Shown here: piece after piece, positions 1 through 13,387 of the stretch | Numbering within the stretch: the first letter of the stretch is position 1 | Layout of the letters: each line of letters starts with the position of its first letter | Assembly (NCBI RefSeq): GCF_000143415.4 | Contig: NW_003314370.1 | Location: 248,001 to 312,000, forward strand | Reading direction: 5' to 3' | DNA length: 64,000 bases | Origin: Selaginella moellendorffii | Lineage: Eukaryota; Plantae; Lycopodiophyta | The notes under the pieces: model-generated | Told to the model about the DNA's origin: nothing | The model's input: only the letters and a program-made list of their open reading frames with translations | Database searches by the model: none | Made by a program: the position numbers and the translations under genes

Positions 1-3000
1 ACACAGAACAAGGACAGGCACGCAAGCGGGAGCTAGACTATGCCTCAGGTTGGTCAGCCATGCTCGACCTACCCACTATCCCTACTATACATTTGGAACC
101 CCCACAGCCCCCCCCCCCCGTTGAGGAACACACGCTTTGGGCTTTCACCCCAAACCTCCCTTTGTATTAGGAGTTAGTATCTGGGACAAGCTCGAAACTT
201 ATTAAATATGGAATGTCCTTAACACATCCATAAGCTAAACTTTATAATGCAAAGCTAATGAAGAGCATATCTGCATCAATCCAAAAGCTAAGCATAACGA
301 AACTATGCTCAACAAGTGATCACCAAACGATCCTCCATGAATCCATCTATAGCAAGACGTAATTCACTTCATAACAAGCACAAAAAGAATCATCAATGAC
401 CAATATATCCCAACTGAAATCCAACAAGGATTCAATCATTAATTCTTCCTCTCGTAAAGTTAGCATAATCTATGACTGAAATCACTTTTCAAGGAAAAGT
501 CAAAGCTCAACCCCTACTAAATAATCTCGTCTAAACACAACTAACTCAAATTTGCCACTTAGCTGGTTTGAACGTCAATTTAATTGTTAACTAGCAAATG
601 CATGAATGCCAATAACACAAAGCCATAGCCAAATCGTCAACACTATCTTCATTAAGACTAATGAAACTCAATATCAATCCTAAGAAGAGACATCTCATTT
701 CACTCGAATCTCAACCTCAATAATGTCAACGACAAGGCATCACTTCAATGCCATCAACAACAGAACAAAGCTAGCAGAAAGCAAGAGTGAATCACCACTC
801 AAAACTTTCTAGCAACCAAACTAACCAAAGTCGGAGATACTTTACTTAGTATCCGAGACCAATCTCTTAACAATACTCAGTCACAGATAACACTTCCTCA
901 AGGAATGAATCACCACATCCAAGACTCCATGAAATCCAACACCACGAATTAAACGCAACCAAATGATATTAACAGAGGTAGAGTTAACATACCAACATGG
1001 ACAAACCATGTAAGTCTAACGACATGATCCTCCACAACACCATCCGGTAAAGCAAACCCATCACTACTAAATCATCATCGAGTGAAGCAAAAGTCAAAAT
1101 CCCTTGACAAAGTCTATAAGCAATCACTAATTGCCAAGCAACTAACAACCACTTGTCAACTTACCTTCACAAAACCCGAACAGTAAACCTGTGTCATCAA
1201 GTTATATACTTGGCCAACATGAACGTAATACCCCAGGCACGAGATAAAGGTTTGTGGACAAGCACAAACTAAATGACCACTCGAATCCAACTCAACCGTA
1301 ATAAACTCACTAACATGTCTAGTCAATAGCTCCGAACATGCCTTGAAGAGGCTAGCTACACATGATCAACATTAAGTCGAAACTCAAGTGAAGACCATGA
1401 AATGGACTCATATCGGTACACAACCTCCTTATAGACAAAGCTATAATATGGGTACCAACATCTCAAACTCAAACAACTAAGTTGAACATCACCATCCTTA
1501 GCCAAGGTGCAGGGCCACCAAGACCAAGTCAAGATCAGCGAGAGCTCACTACTGTCATAGAGTCTAGCAAAATGCAAAGTGCAACCTGCTACCAAGCATA
1601 ACGCTACAAAAGAAAGGCACAAGGGTCACCTTTCTAGAAAAGTGCAACAGTCACTTTTCTACACTAACTCCAGACTCTATCCAACTCAATTGCCTTAGCC
1701 TCAAAAGTTAGCATCCCTTTTGGGCTGCATCATACAAACTACCTACTAAGGTCTAAGCCAACCGAAGTCAACTCCAACCCTTTCACTAGTTTGTATTGGC
1801 TTACGAAAACAGAATGGTTTTCAAGCAAAGTGATCAAAAGATCAACCATTGTATAAGTCTAAGAAAATTTATAGAAAATTTCTATCCTAGAGAAAGAATG
1901 ACTCTTAGTCCAGGAATACAAACTTTCAAGATTCAACCAACTTCCTCCTACTAACAACTTCACATAAGTTCACCTCAACACAAATTCTCATGACCTATAG
2001 TATGCTTAAGCCTCAAACATCTTTTTGCCCATTCTTTCGACATCCAACACCAACATCCGTAAAATGCAAATGGAACATCTAAGGCTTGATCACGAAGACC
2101 ACATCTTCAGATATCCATATTGTATTAACACTCTTCTTCAACCACCTTCAAGATCTAATGTGAAGCTAAAACACTAACAAGAAAAATGACATGGAAAATC
2201 AAGCTCTAAGGAAACTTCCTCATGACTTAAAATAACAATGTTATTTCCACTAACACAAGTGCTAGTAATGTCAATGCCTCAACTTCACACCTTCTCTATC
2301 CAACAATCTACTCCAACTGTTAACAGATCAACTAATGAGCTATAGCAAATGAATGTTACAACCCTTTCCAACACCTTATGCGCAAACCCTCAAGGAAACA
2401 AGGAACATGGAACCAACTTAAGCTTAGCATAATGAACCACCATCGAGAATCTAGTCAAAGCTACTACAATGCTACTTCGTGCAAGTAGACTAGCTTCACT
2501 ATCAACCATTTTGGGGTTGATCATCGTAACCAAGCAACTTCGTAAACACATTGCTTATTATCACATGGATATGATATAAGTATCACAATGACTTGATCAT
2601 CAATTGAGTAACACCACGAGCAATGCCAATGTCATTACTTCAAAGGTTTACATGAAATATCAAGTGCCAACTCAACTCGACAAAATGCAACATAAATGCC
2701 ACACTCCACCAATAGAGATTTACAACACCCAACACCATTAACTTGTGTTCACAACATGGACAAGCTCATGCCATTTGCTATCCGACCAAACTCAAAACTT
2801 AACCCAACACCAAGCTACTTAAGGAGCAATAGCAAAGTTCCCCAGAAAAGAATTGAGCATTGTAACCCAAGTCTTCTAATAGCAAGTCTAGATAAATTGG
2901 TTTAGCGCTTCACCGCTATCCATCCCACGACTCACCACTTACAAGACCATCATTTCCAACATGTATCAAAGTAGGGACTCATGATTGCATAATGTGAACT

Positions 3001-4645
3001 CATTGCAAATCATCTCTCCAAGAAGAAAAGATGATTTACGTGTTTGATCCTTCGTCCCCAACGACTCTCTTTTCGGTCTCATCTTTGACTACACCTCAAG
3101 CTTGCGTTCGCACTGCCTTCAGTCCAATCCAAGAAAAATTTATGAGAGAGCATAGCAATGATTACTTGAACCAATAAACTAATCCCTATAGTCTTAGTTG
3201 ATTCACTTGTAATCATGCCTAGGAAGGATCTACTAGTGCCGTGCTAAACAGCTACGGACCAGCCTATTTGCCAGTCATAGCAAACTCAGGGAAGGTTTGC
3301 TTTAACTTATAGTATATGGAACAACTCACGGAACAAATTGGAACAACTCATGAAACCACCGATAGGCTAACATTAATCCTGCCAACTCAAAGTATAACCT
3401 TGAGTTGCTAATACGCCTCACTCATGAGTCCAAGTTCAAACTTGTGCAAATGGACTAACTCAATCCATCTTATGAGCCCAAGAGCAAGCTCACATTATTA
3501 CGGTACAACAAGGTAACCAAATCCATACCCAAGGAACAATTGCAAAGCCTTTGCACCCAAACGTATACCCACTCGGATCATCGTTTTCATCTCTGCGTAT
3601 GCAACGAGATTAGTTGCCCAATCTCATTGTATAGTACTCGCTGAGACATCTTCTAATACCAAATGTAGCACATGTGGTTTTGACCCTTTATCTTATGGTG
3701 ATTTTACCATAGGATAACACCACGAAGCGGAATCTAAACCCTCTTTGTGCCACGTGACAGATGCCACGTGTCCATAAGAACTCGAGGTTCAGGGCTTTGG
3801 GCCACTGAACGAAAGAACGGTGCCAAACTCCCAAGCATGGAGCCAAGGAGTGATGGAACCGAACCACAGAGCAACTCTCGAGCATAAAGCCCAAGGAGTG
3901 AAGGGATAGGAGCTCGAAGGGACTTAGAACAGTCCTAGAGTAACTAGCATCCCAATGCCAAGACCAGCACACAAAACGGAGCCAAACGGAGTCTGGTGCT
4001 ATTTTGGCATACCGGTGGCCTAACGTGAAGATATGGGTACTCCACCAACTAGCATGGAATGGAACTTGGGCTTAGACCCAAGCCGAACACAGAACAAGGA
4101 CAGGCACGCAAGCGGGAGCTAGACTATGCCTCAGGTTGGTCAGCCATGCTCGACCTACCCACTATCCCTACTATACATTTGGAACCCCCACAGCCCCCCC
4201 CCCCCGTTGAGGAACACACATTTTGGGCTTTCACCCCAAACCTCCCTTTGTAGCTGGAGTTAGTCTCTGGGACAAGCTCGAAACTTATTAAATATGGAAT
4301 GTCCTTAGATTGCGAATTTGGACACGGAACAAACACCATCGTGTTCAGGCTGATCTCTACATTCCGGGCATGATAGCGAGGGTGTTTGGCAGACACAGTA
4401 AGTTATCATTTAGCGATATTAAGGGACCAAGCTCAATATCGCGGGGGTTCCCAACACTAGCAAGTGCAAACCAACATCATGAGTTTCTCATTATCATGTC
4501 AAGTCTGCTTGACTAAATGACAACTTAGGATTTCCTTCTTTAGTGCCCTTTTAGTCTAAGTGCACATGTGATGACCAATTTCTCAACTAGCTTAGGCGGA
4601 GATTAATAACGGGCCCAACAATACCAACCTCCTGCCGTTGTGGCA
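1..4645 (-). mobile_element. Decayed LTR retrotransposon (probably Ty3/gypsy), non-autonomous; partial LTR at 1-221 and full LTR at about 3664-4645
   Basis: Positions 1-221 repeat directly at 4087-4307 with about 6 mismatches. On the minus strand the LTR end (TG at 3664 on plus) is followed by TTTGGTATTAGA, a tRNA-Met-type PBS-like motif. The internal 222-3660 has no long ORF, only faint RT/RNase H-like remnants. Confidence 0.75.
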
Positions 4646-4707
4646 GTAAGGTAAGAGTGTTCATAAGGAGTAGTTGACAGGTAACTTTTGATACCCGAAG
4701 TCACATT

Positions 4708-5498
4708 TGCGACAATAACGGCATGAAGTCAATATTGCTAGACCCTTTCAGTCTCCACTCAAGTTAGTTGAGAAACTGGTCATCATATATGTACTTATGC
4801 CAAATAAACATAAAGTAAAAACTTTTATATGTTTCTTGTTGAGCATACTCGGCCCGATATGAGAAACTTATATATTGGCTTGCACTTGCTAGTGTTGGGA
4901 ACCTCTGCAATATTGAGTTTGGTCCCTCAATATTTGCTAAATGATAATTTACTGTGTCCATTGTGACACTCTTATTATCATGTACCTTATGTTAATTCCG
5001 TTTGATCTCAATTGCTATTTATGGAAAGTATTTAAATTTGTTAATTTGGCATATCTAAAGAATGTAGAAATTGTTTTGAACACAATGGTGTTAGTCCCAT
5101 GTCTAAATTTGCAATTTAAAACCATTCCATATTTAGTAAATTTCAAATTAGTCCCATAAACTAACTCCAAGTGACTAAGGGTGAAAGCCATGCCCAAAGC
5201 TCTAAGACTATTCCAAATTGCTCCATGCTCCTATCCTTTCGTTCTTTGGGTTGAATGTTCAAGAGTCACTCCATGCTTCGGTTTTTTTATTTCTTGGCTA
5301 CAAGTTTAAGAGTTTAGATTTATTCCTTCATTCAATGGCCTAAAGCCCTGAAACTTAAATTCTATTCTGCTATCATTTGACATATGGCATGTGGCATATG
5401 ACATGTAACACATGGCATATAAAGGGTTTAGGTTCTGTTTCTTCGTTATCCTATGATAAATTACTATAGAATAAAGGGTGAAAACCACATAAGCTACA
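4708..5498 (+). mobile_element. Diverged LTR of the same family in opposite orientation (solo or 3' LTR)
   Basis: Reverse-complement homology to 3664-4645 along its length, with TG...CA ends. Mirrored ORF-track peptides confirm it (NVEISLNTMVFVPC vs NVEIVLNTMVLVPC; FPTLASANQ vs FPTLASASQ). Confidence 0.8.
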
Positions 5499-6758
5499 CA
5501 ATCAACTCAATCATTAGCAAACCAGCTTCCATATCTAATGTTATAAAACATGTTATGCTAAACTTGATGAATCACTATAGTAAAATTTAAAGTATGAATA
5601 AATATGGCATTTATGCACAAAGGGATATCATCCACCCATCGTGACATATCTTCTGTACATTTGTATATTTTACTATTTGCAAACTTTCTATTTACATTTA
5701 CTCATTAGCTCAACAAACCAGGCTTGGCTTCTAGGGCTACATATCTAAATTTCAGGGAGCTAGCAGTCATTGATCAGATCATTAATTAGCAACCAATGCA
5801 GTTGTAAAAACAGCTCAAGAACCCTAGAAATAGAGTCTATCTATCAGGCACCAGATTCAAACGAATGTGTCAGTCTCATGCTTTTTGGGGGCGGCGCAAG
5901 ACTTTGTCATGGGACCTTTCAAACAGTATATGAAAAGAATGAGTGAATTACACACTATAAAACAGAAGAAAAATGAAGCAAATTAACTTGTTGGAAACGG
6001 TAAACGCTGCTTAATGGAAATGAAAATGACCTATGATTGTTGACTCATCGGATAACATGGACACGTCATTCAAGAAAAATGCGCAAGTAACCAGCCAGAT
6101 GACAACAAATGTAGGTCTACCCTGGAGGAGGAGGTACTTGCTGACGTTGACCGGAAGAACCGGCTACAGCCGGTCGAGGCAAGAACCACAGCTACCCCTC
6201 TTTCTTTGGCAGAAAAGATAAGAAGCGAGCAAGCACTCTTTCTTTGAGCCTGTGCGTGTGGTTTTTCCCCCTTCTTTTTCTCTTTGCGTGTGGGAGGGCG
6301 AGCGCCATCCCAGCGCAGTGGCGAGGGGATGAGAAGCAGCGCTTGTGGGTTTGCTTGACACGATGTGGGTTGCAATCGAGGCTGCGTGGATGGCTGGATT
6401 CGAGAGAAAGAAGCACAGGCACAAGCCCCCTTCGTCGGCCTCCTAACGATCAGTCTTTCTTGTCAAGAGCAGCGCAGCGAGAGCAGAAAGGAGAATTTTT
6501 GTGAGTAAACCAGTGTGTGAGAGAGAGAGGAATTTTTTCTTCCCCCCTTGTATAGACTATCCCCAACTTCTTCTCGATCGAGCGAGTGAGTTTTTGCTGG
6601 TTGGTCTTGAGATCTCGGTGTGTGTGTGTGTTGCGTGGTTTTCTAGTTGGTACTGTTTGTGCAGTGTCGTGATTTGTTTTCGGAGCTACAGTCGCTGAGT
6701 GGCCCCGCGTTTTCTCTTTTTTTCTCCTCCTACCTTTCTTTCTTTTCGTTTGTCTGGG

Positions 6759-7411
6759 ATGGGCCTTTTGGACAAGCTGTGGGACGACGTTGTAGCCGGG
6801 CCACAGCCGGAAACAGGACTTGGAAAGCTTCGCGAGAGAGAACTCGTCAATGCTGCAAGAGGTAACAAAAACAATCCTTTTGTTTCCAGAGCGTGTCTGA
6901 TGGATCGGCGTTCATTTGCTACAGCCAAAGAGAAGATGATCCGTGCACCAGGATTTCGTCCGCCTTTTCTCGTTACTACTCCCGTCACTCGCGACAATTC
7001 CCCGGCAACCAGCCCAGGCTCGTCGACATGTAAGTTGCCACGTTGTTCTTCTTTTGTTGTTTCCTCGGGGCGATCTCTGGAGCTTTTGTTTAGTTTTTCG
7101 GTTTGTGACTGTCCTGATATTGTAGATAAAGCTGTGATCTTTGTTAGTGGCCATAGCTTCTGATGGATCTTTGCTTTTTTCCTCGTTGCAGTGTCAGAGC
7201 TGGGGTGGAAGCTGTCGTGGTCTCCATCGAACAGGAAAATGGTGGACGAAGTTGCCGCTGCTGCTGCTGCTACTGCGAGCAGTCCTGAGCCGATATCTCC
7301 CAGTGCCTGCGAGTGGTAAGTCAAGAAAAAACACTTTTCTACCACTTTTTTCTAGACATTCATAAGCGATGTGTATTTGCCAGGATGGTCGCCAGTATTT
7401 TGGATCGATAA
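6759..7411 (+). CDS. DRM1: Dormancy-associated/auxin-repressed protein (DRM1/ARP family), 4 exons
   Basis: N-terminus MGLLDKLWDDVVAGPQPETGLGKLR. Spliced C-terminus SPSACEW-MVASILDR* resembles the family end PTVYDWLVISALDR. GT-AG introns. Confidence 0.88.
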
Positions 7412-7695
7412 AGGCGAATAGATAAGTCCAACCGATATATGTGTAACGTGTGTGAATACGAGAACTATATATAAACAAAGAAGCAATCAAAGAAAAGTTT
7501 GAAAGCACATATCTTTCAATCAACAGCGGTGGAGATTCGATAGAACTTCGTGCAAGGATTATACTTTGGCTGGGTGATTGCTCACTATGCTATAAGGATC
7601 TCTCTTTTCTTCTTTGACTCTCGAGGTAGAAGAAGAACAAAGAAGAGATAATAAATAGAAAGATCTTTTCTTTTGCCACAATCACTTTCGTTCAT

Positions 7696-9213
7696 TCACA
7701 ACCTGGACGAGATAAGTGGGGTCTTTTTCTGGAGGTGAGCGGCAGCAGCGGCGACTCCACTTCCGAGCACAACCGGGTATCCAATGTCTTTGAGGATCAT
7801 CTCCACCCCACTTAAGGCTCCCAGCAGTTGCAACTGGGGCAAAAGAAAGCTTCTTGAGTCGTGAAAGTTTTCCATAAAAAAGAAAGAACTTCTCACCTCG
7901 TTTACGAAACCCAGGTGCCCAATCCTGAAAACCTTGCCTGCCACTTTGTTGAGTCCCACTCCCAAGCTCAAGTTATACTTTTTCCATGCCATCTTCACCA
8001 CGTCTAAGCTGTTGATATAAGGTGGTACCACCACTGCTGTTACGGTGTCACTGTTCCACTCGGGACGTTTAGTGCACAGCTTCAGTCCCCACGCTGCCAC
8101 CGCTAGCCTGCGAAGATTTCACAAAAAATAGCGTCAAAAACCTCTCAAAGTAAAGATACACTTGGAAAAATGAAAACATCGAACCTTGTGGCTTCTCCAA
8201 GCCTGGCGTGCCTCTTGATAACGTTGTCCAGGCCCTCCTCGAAGATCAAGTCGAGAGAGGCTCGAAGAGCGTAGAGCATCTGGCTCGAGGGAGTGTAAGG
8301 CCAGTAGGAGCCGAGCTTGTAAAACTTGAGGTAGTCGGCCCAGTCGAAGAACACTCGGGGAGAGGTGGCCGTCTTGGCTGCCTCGAGAGCTTTTGGTCCG
8401 GCACAAACTATTCCCAATCCCGTTGGAAGTCCCAGAGCCTTTTGGGACCCCGTCAAGGCAACGTCCACTCCCCACTCGTCCATCTTAAACTCGATTGCTC
8501 CAATCGATGAAACTCCGTCCACCAGCAGCAATGCCGGATGCTTATGCTTATCTAGTAAGGAAAAAAAAGAAAAAAAAACCAAGGAAGAAACAACGTAAGT
8601 TTCATGAAGGATATGAAACAAAAAAGAAGAAACGAACCGAGGAGTGCTCGTATCGATGGGATGCTATTGGTAACTCCGGTAGAAGTTTCATTGTGGACGA
8701 TACATATAGCTTTGATCTCGTGATTATAATCCATGGCCAACTTAGCGTTGAGGATGTTAAGGTCGGCTCCAGCTCCCCACTCGCAGTCCACTACGTCCAC
8801 GTTAAACTTGAGGCGCTGCATTTGATCGATCCAGAGCAGGCTAAACTGTCCCAGACGGAACGAGACAATCTTATCTCCAGGTGATAATGTGTTGGTCAGT
8901 GCACTCTCCCAAGCTCCAGTTCCTGAGAGAAAAAAAAAGGAAAAAAAAAGCATTTTCGAACTTGACTTCACAGGAAGAGCAGCAAGAAAAAAGAGATTTT
9001 TTGAGTACCTGTTGTTGGAAAGATGAACGAAGTGGCAGTCTTGGTCTTAAACAGATCCTTGACACCGTCCAGCACGGATTTGGAGAGCGTAGCAAACGCT
9101 GGAGAGCGATGATCCTCGTTCCCCCTACTAAATGCTTGAATTACCTTCTCGGGGACATTGGTCGGCCCTGGAACGAAGAGATGATTCCTGCCAGGCGCGG
9201 GGAAGTACTCCAT
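7696..9213 (-). CDS. AGT1: Serine:glyoxylate aminotransferase (peroxisomal, photorespiration), multi-exon
   Basis: GRNHLFVPGPTN, GTGAWESALTNTLSPGD, PLP-lysine motif TGSQKAL, FRIGHLG. Ends in SRL, a PTS1 signal. Confidence 0.96.
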
Positions 9214-9959
9214 CTCGACTCTCCTCTTCGGCGGGGCTCTCCCACCGGAGCTCTATCTATCACAAACACAGAGTGGTGTCAATGCTACGTGCTAAGTAAT
9301 AAGCCAGAAAACGGAAACTCCACAGCCACACAAGCGTGATTGGATGATCCGTGAGCTCACCGTGAAGTAATGGCTTTAGATTAGTGGTAAGAAAGGATCG
9401 ACGTGTTTCTCCAAAGATCTGGGAGGCGAGACTTGATGTTAAGTGAAAAGATGATCCAGGCTTGAGAAAAAAGAAAATCATACCAGTTTAGATGTTCCAG
9501 AGGCGATGACAAATCGACATCATCCGGAAGTGCCAGCAGAAAAATACGAGGAGCACACGAACCAGGTGATCCTGAAAAGATGAAAGATTAAATCATAAAA
9601 AGAAAGAGGACATTCCAAGAATTAAACCAGAAACTTCAGCTATTAGAACGAAATAAGAAATACAAGCTTTTGCGTGACCAGATATATATATATGTATATA
9701 CAGGAAAAGTTTTTCCTTTTGTGCTGTGGAACAATCGAGATGGATTACAGAAAACAGCGAGATGGCTGTCTTCTCCATTCGCATTTTCCTGTCTTCCCTC
9801 AAGCAAGTTTGAGCTACCAAGGCAAAGACCATAAACACATACCTCTCAAGAAAATGTCCAAGCTCCTCCGACTCCAAGTTGCCATTTTTTCCTCGAGCCA
9901 AGGAAAAAACTTCACAAGCATTTCCTTTTGTTCTTGTCGTCGTCATCGTTTCGATCGTG

Positions 9960-12900
9960 TCACAACTTGACGCTGCTCAAGCTGTGCGAACTGTTGTTCC
10001 GCCCTCCTCCTCTTTCTCCTCCAATTCTAATATCCTTGACAACCAGCTTGATCGTGTGCGCGTGAGACCCCTTCATCACGTCCAAGCACTCCTCCAAATC
10101 GGCATCGCCATCCAGGATCACCCACTCCGAATCGTCGTCCAAGTACTTCAGCGTAAATCCATCGCCCTCCAGCCGAAACCGGCCAGAGATCTCCTCCCGC
10201 AAGCGCCCGTACCCAAACCCCGTGTACGGCACCTTAAACCGCACCGTGTCGGACCCCATTGTCGCCTTCACGGTGACAATGGGACATCCGTACCTGTACG
10301 GCGGTGGCGACGACGCCGGCGAGTCGCCGGATGACTGGTACGGGGAGAACACGTGCCCGGCCTCGATTCGCGACAGCTCCAGCTCAGGCGGAGACGAGCT
10401 CCGCCGGAACGCCGCTTCCGTACAGTTGTCGGCGTCGAGGGGACCACCGTTGAGCGCCGCCAGCGCCGCCGAGGAGCCGTGGACACGTGGCTCCATCTTC
10501 ACCGCTACCGGGCCTGGTTCCGTACTGGTTGTGGTGGCTGCTTCCACACCCCTGGATGTGCTCTCCACGTAGTGAGACAACCACGAGGATCTCCCCTCGC
10601 CTTCGTCGGAGTTTGGCTTCTCGTCCGTGTCGGAAAGGAAATCTTTGCTGGCGATGGCGTTGGCGGCGGGTTCTTGAGCTGGTGCTTCAAAATCGGGACT
10701 CCCGGATCGAGCAGGAGAACCTTGAGCTGGTGCTTCAAACTCGGGGCTCCTGGATCGAGCAGGACTAGGAGTAGCAGTAGCGGTTGGATCGAGAGTGCTT
10801 CTGGAGTTCTTCCTGGTGATGGCGGCAGCTGCAGCGGCGGCGGAGGCGAGCTCGCCAGTGAGTGCATTGAGCTTGACAGCGCCATCCAGTCCCTGGACCG
10901 AATCAATCACGCCTTGGAGCTTGATCAGCGAGCGGCTGACCTTGTTGATCTTGCGAGACGGCCAGCGGGAGATCCCATACTGCCGGCAGATCCTCTTCAA
11001 AGTCGTAGGACACACTGAATAACACAAAGCCAAGCTCAGCTCGCAGCTAGAGGAACGAAATCTGAAAGAGAGCTCTTACCTCCAATGCTCTTGGCAGCAT
11101 CCTTCAAGCTCCCAGCAAAGTACTGCTGCAAAACCTCCAGCCCGATCGTCTTCTCACTCATCGATCGCTTCCTCTCCAATCTCTTCGACTTGCCCGTCAG
11201 CACATCGTGAGTAGCAGCGATCGGCGGAGCTCCTCCGCCGCTCCCCCATGAACTGAAACCATCGCCCACCTCCAATTCCTCGAGACTCGGCCCCCTCGTC
11301 TTCTTCGTCTTGTGTAGCTTCGCCTCCCCACGGTCCCCAATCGGATGGTTCTTCTTCGCCGTCCCAGCCGTCGGAGCCACCGTAGCCGTCGATCCTAACT
11401 GGTACTCGTGCCGTAGCTCTTCAGCTGAAAGCGCCCGTAAGCTCCGGCTGGCGCGCTGCATCGTCGCCGAGATGGACGTGAGCAACGCGGCGCCGCCAGC
11501 GCTATCGATCTCCGCCGGCATGAAGAACTCGAGCACGTAATCCTCCGCGCCAGTGATGGAGCTCCTCAGCCGGATCGCCACCGCGCCGCCGAGCTTGAAG
11601 TAGCGCGCGTGGTGGACCAGCGGGTACTCCTCGATCAGATAGTTCTTGACGTCCGAGATGAAGCACGGCTTGTTGGATGCGAATGCCTTCCCTGCTACTC
11701 CCTGGCCTTGATCGAGGCTGTGATCCGCGCAAGCGTGGTGGAAGCCCACGAAGCGAGGGTCCGAGACGTAGAACGGGGCGTCTCTGGTGAAGAGGCTGAT
11801 GTGATCCGAGGCAGCAGCCGCGGCGGGTGTGGTATCGGCGACGAGGATCTCTTCGTTGCCACTGCCGTTGTGGAGGCACGGCAGCCATGTCTGTGCGATT
11901 GGTAGCTTGTGTGTCTCACAAACGGCACGGAGGATTTCGGAGATTTCTTGGTAGACTGCGTGCCGGCCTTCGCTGTGGATCTGCATGGATTCGATACTTC
12001 CAATTTAGAAAAATCTTGTTTTTCGACTTGGAGAAGCTCTAAAAGTCAAAAGAGATCTAAGAAAAATTGGGAATCTTGACAACTCTAAACCGAGAAGAGG
12101 AACAACTTGCTCGACTTTAGTTTGAGAAAAATGAGCTCCTCTAAGCTTGGAAGAAAGTGAGAGAGAAAAGGCTTCCCAAGACAAAGCTTTGTAGGAACAA
12201 AGAGAAAAGTCTTCGAAGAACTAGCTTAGATCAGGAACAAAAGGGAAAGAGAAAATCTTCGAAGAACTACTGAAGGAACTAACAAAACTCTGAGCACGCT
12301 TACCTCGAGAACCATTGGATCGTGTTCTTTGGGTGCTCCAGCCAAGTCCACAGCCTGAAAAGATCTCCTCCATTAGAGACTAGAAGACAAACAAAACGAG
12401 CACACACGAAAGATCTACTCGTACCTGGAGAGCACTGCAAATAATCCCGATCTCGCTCCCAAACTCCACTTTCTCCACATTGGTGACGAGCTCGATCACC
12501 GCCAGGCACGAGCGCGAGCTGGGATCCAGCACGGGCACCGCCACCAATCCCTTGACATCACACCGCGCAGCCTCGCGGATTCGCAAGTACTCGCTGCTAT
12601 CGTAGAACTGGACGTTGGGCGTCCACTCGGGTGCCCGGCTCGAGAAAACCCGGCCCGGGAGGCCGAGGTGGGAGGCCGAGGTGGAGTCCGAGGTCTTCTC
12701 GGACGGGAAAACGTAGGCCGTGGAGAGCGTCCGGTAGCGCAGGAGATCGAATTTGCTGTGCATCACCGAGTATGGCTGCTCCTGCGTGGTGAGGATGATC
12801 TTGTTGTCCTGCGAGAGGATCGGCACCCACACCTGCGCGAGCGCCTCGGTCTCCGATCGCGAGATGAGGCGCAGCGCCTCCTTGAGCCGCTCCGTGAAGA

Positions 12901-13387
12901 AATTCGTGGCGAGGCTGGCCATGGCGCCACCACCGGAAGGAATCCCTTCATCCAGCGAGGGATTATTGCTCGAAATATCGCCGCCCTCGCCCAGGAGCTC
13001 CTCGAGGAGCGAGGAATCGAAGGAGAAGGTGCCGAGGGAGCCGAAGGATCGGTAGCTCGGCGGCGAGCTGTCCGAGGCCTTGAAGAAGAGGTGATGGGGG
13101 CTGACAATCTGTGAGGGGAGAGGAGAGGAGGAGGAGATTTGCTGCGCTGCCGCCGATTGATCCACCGGAGAGAAGGAAGAAACCAGCCATGGCGAGGATG
13201 ATCCATCAGGGGCGAGGGATTGCCCCGGGAGAGTGTCGAGATCCATGAGCTCCGATAGATCGTCAAGAAGGGACTTGGAGGGCGAGGAAGCTGTGACCAC
13301 CGCCGCCGCGGCCATGTCTACCACGGAGGACCAAGGGGCATTTGGGGAAGAAGAAGAGTAGAACAACACTGGACTCTCAGTCGACAT
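9960..13387 (-). CDS. NLP: NIN-like protein (GAF-like nitrate-response region, RWP-RK, PB1)
   Basis: [38 protein letters not shown]|[26 protein letters not shown], and PB1 motif [11 protein letters not shown]. Confidence 0.95.
10673..10764. repeat. 48-bp in-frame tandem duplication inside NLP
   Basis: cttgagctggtgcttcaaa starts at 10673 and 10721. It encodes [16 protein letters not shown] / [16 protein letters not shown]. Confidence 0.9.

Noticed and set aside
3664-5498. Mutator-like or DIRS element as the explanation for the long inverted repeat
   Set aside because: No 9-bp TSD, transposase or tyrosine recombinase is visible. TG...CA ends, a PBS and a direct-repeat copy at 1-221 favour LTRs.
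10353-11018. 221-aa plus-strand ORF and similar overlapping ORFs in NLP, MRC, AHA and PPR
   Set aside because: Shadow frames of high-GC3 exons.
7696-13387. NLP-AGT1 as a nitrogen-metabolism cluster
   Set aside because: Only adjacency supports it; I found no clear nitrate-responsive element upstream of AGT1.
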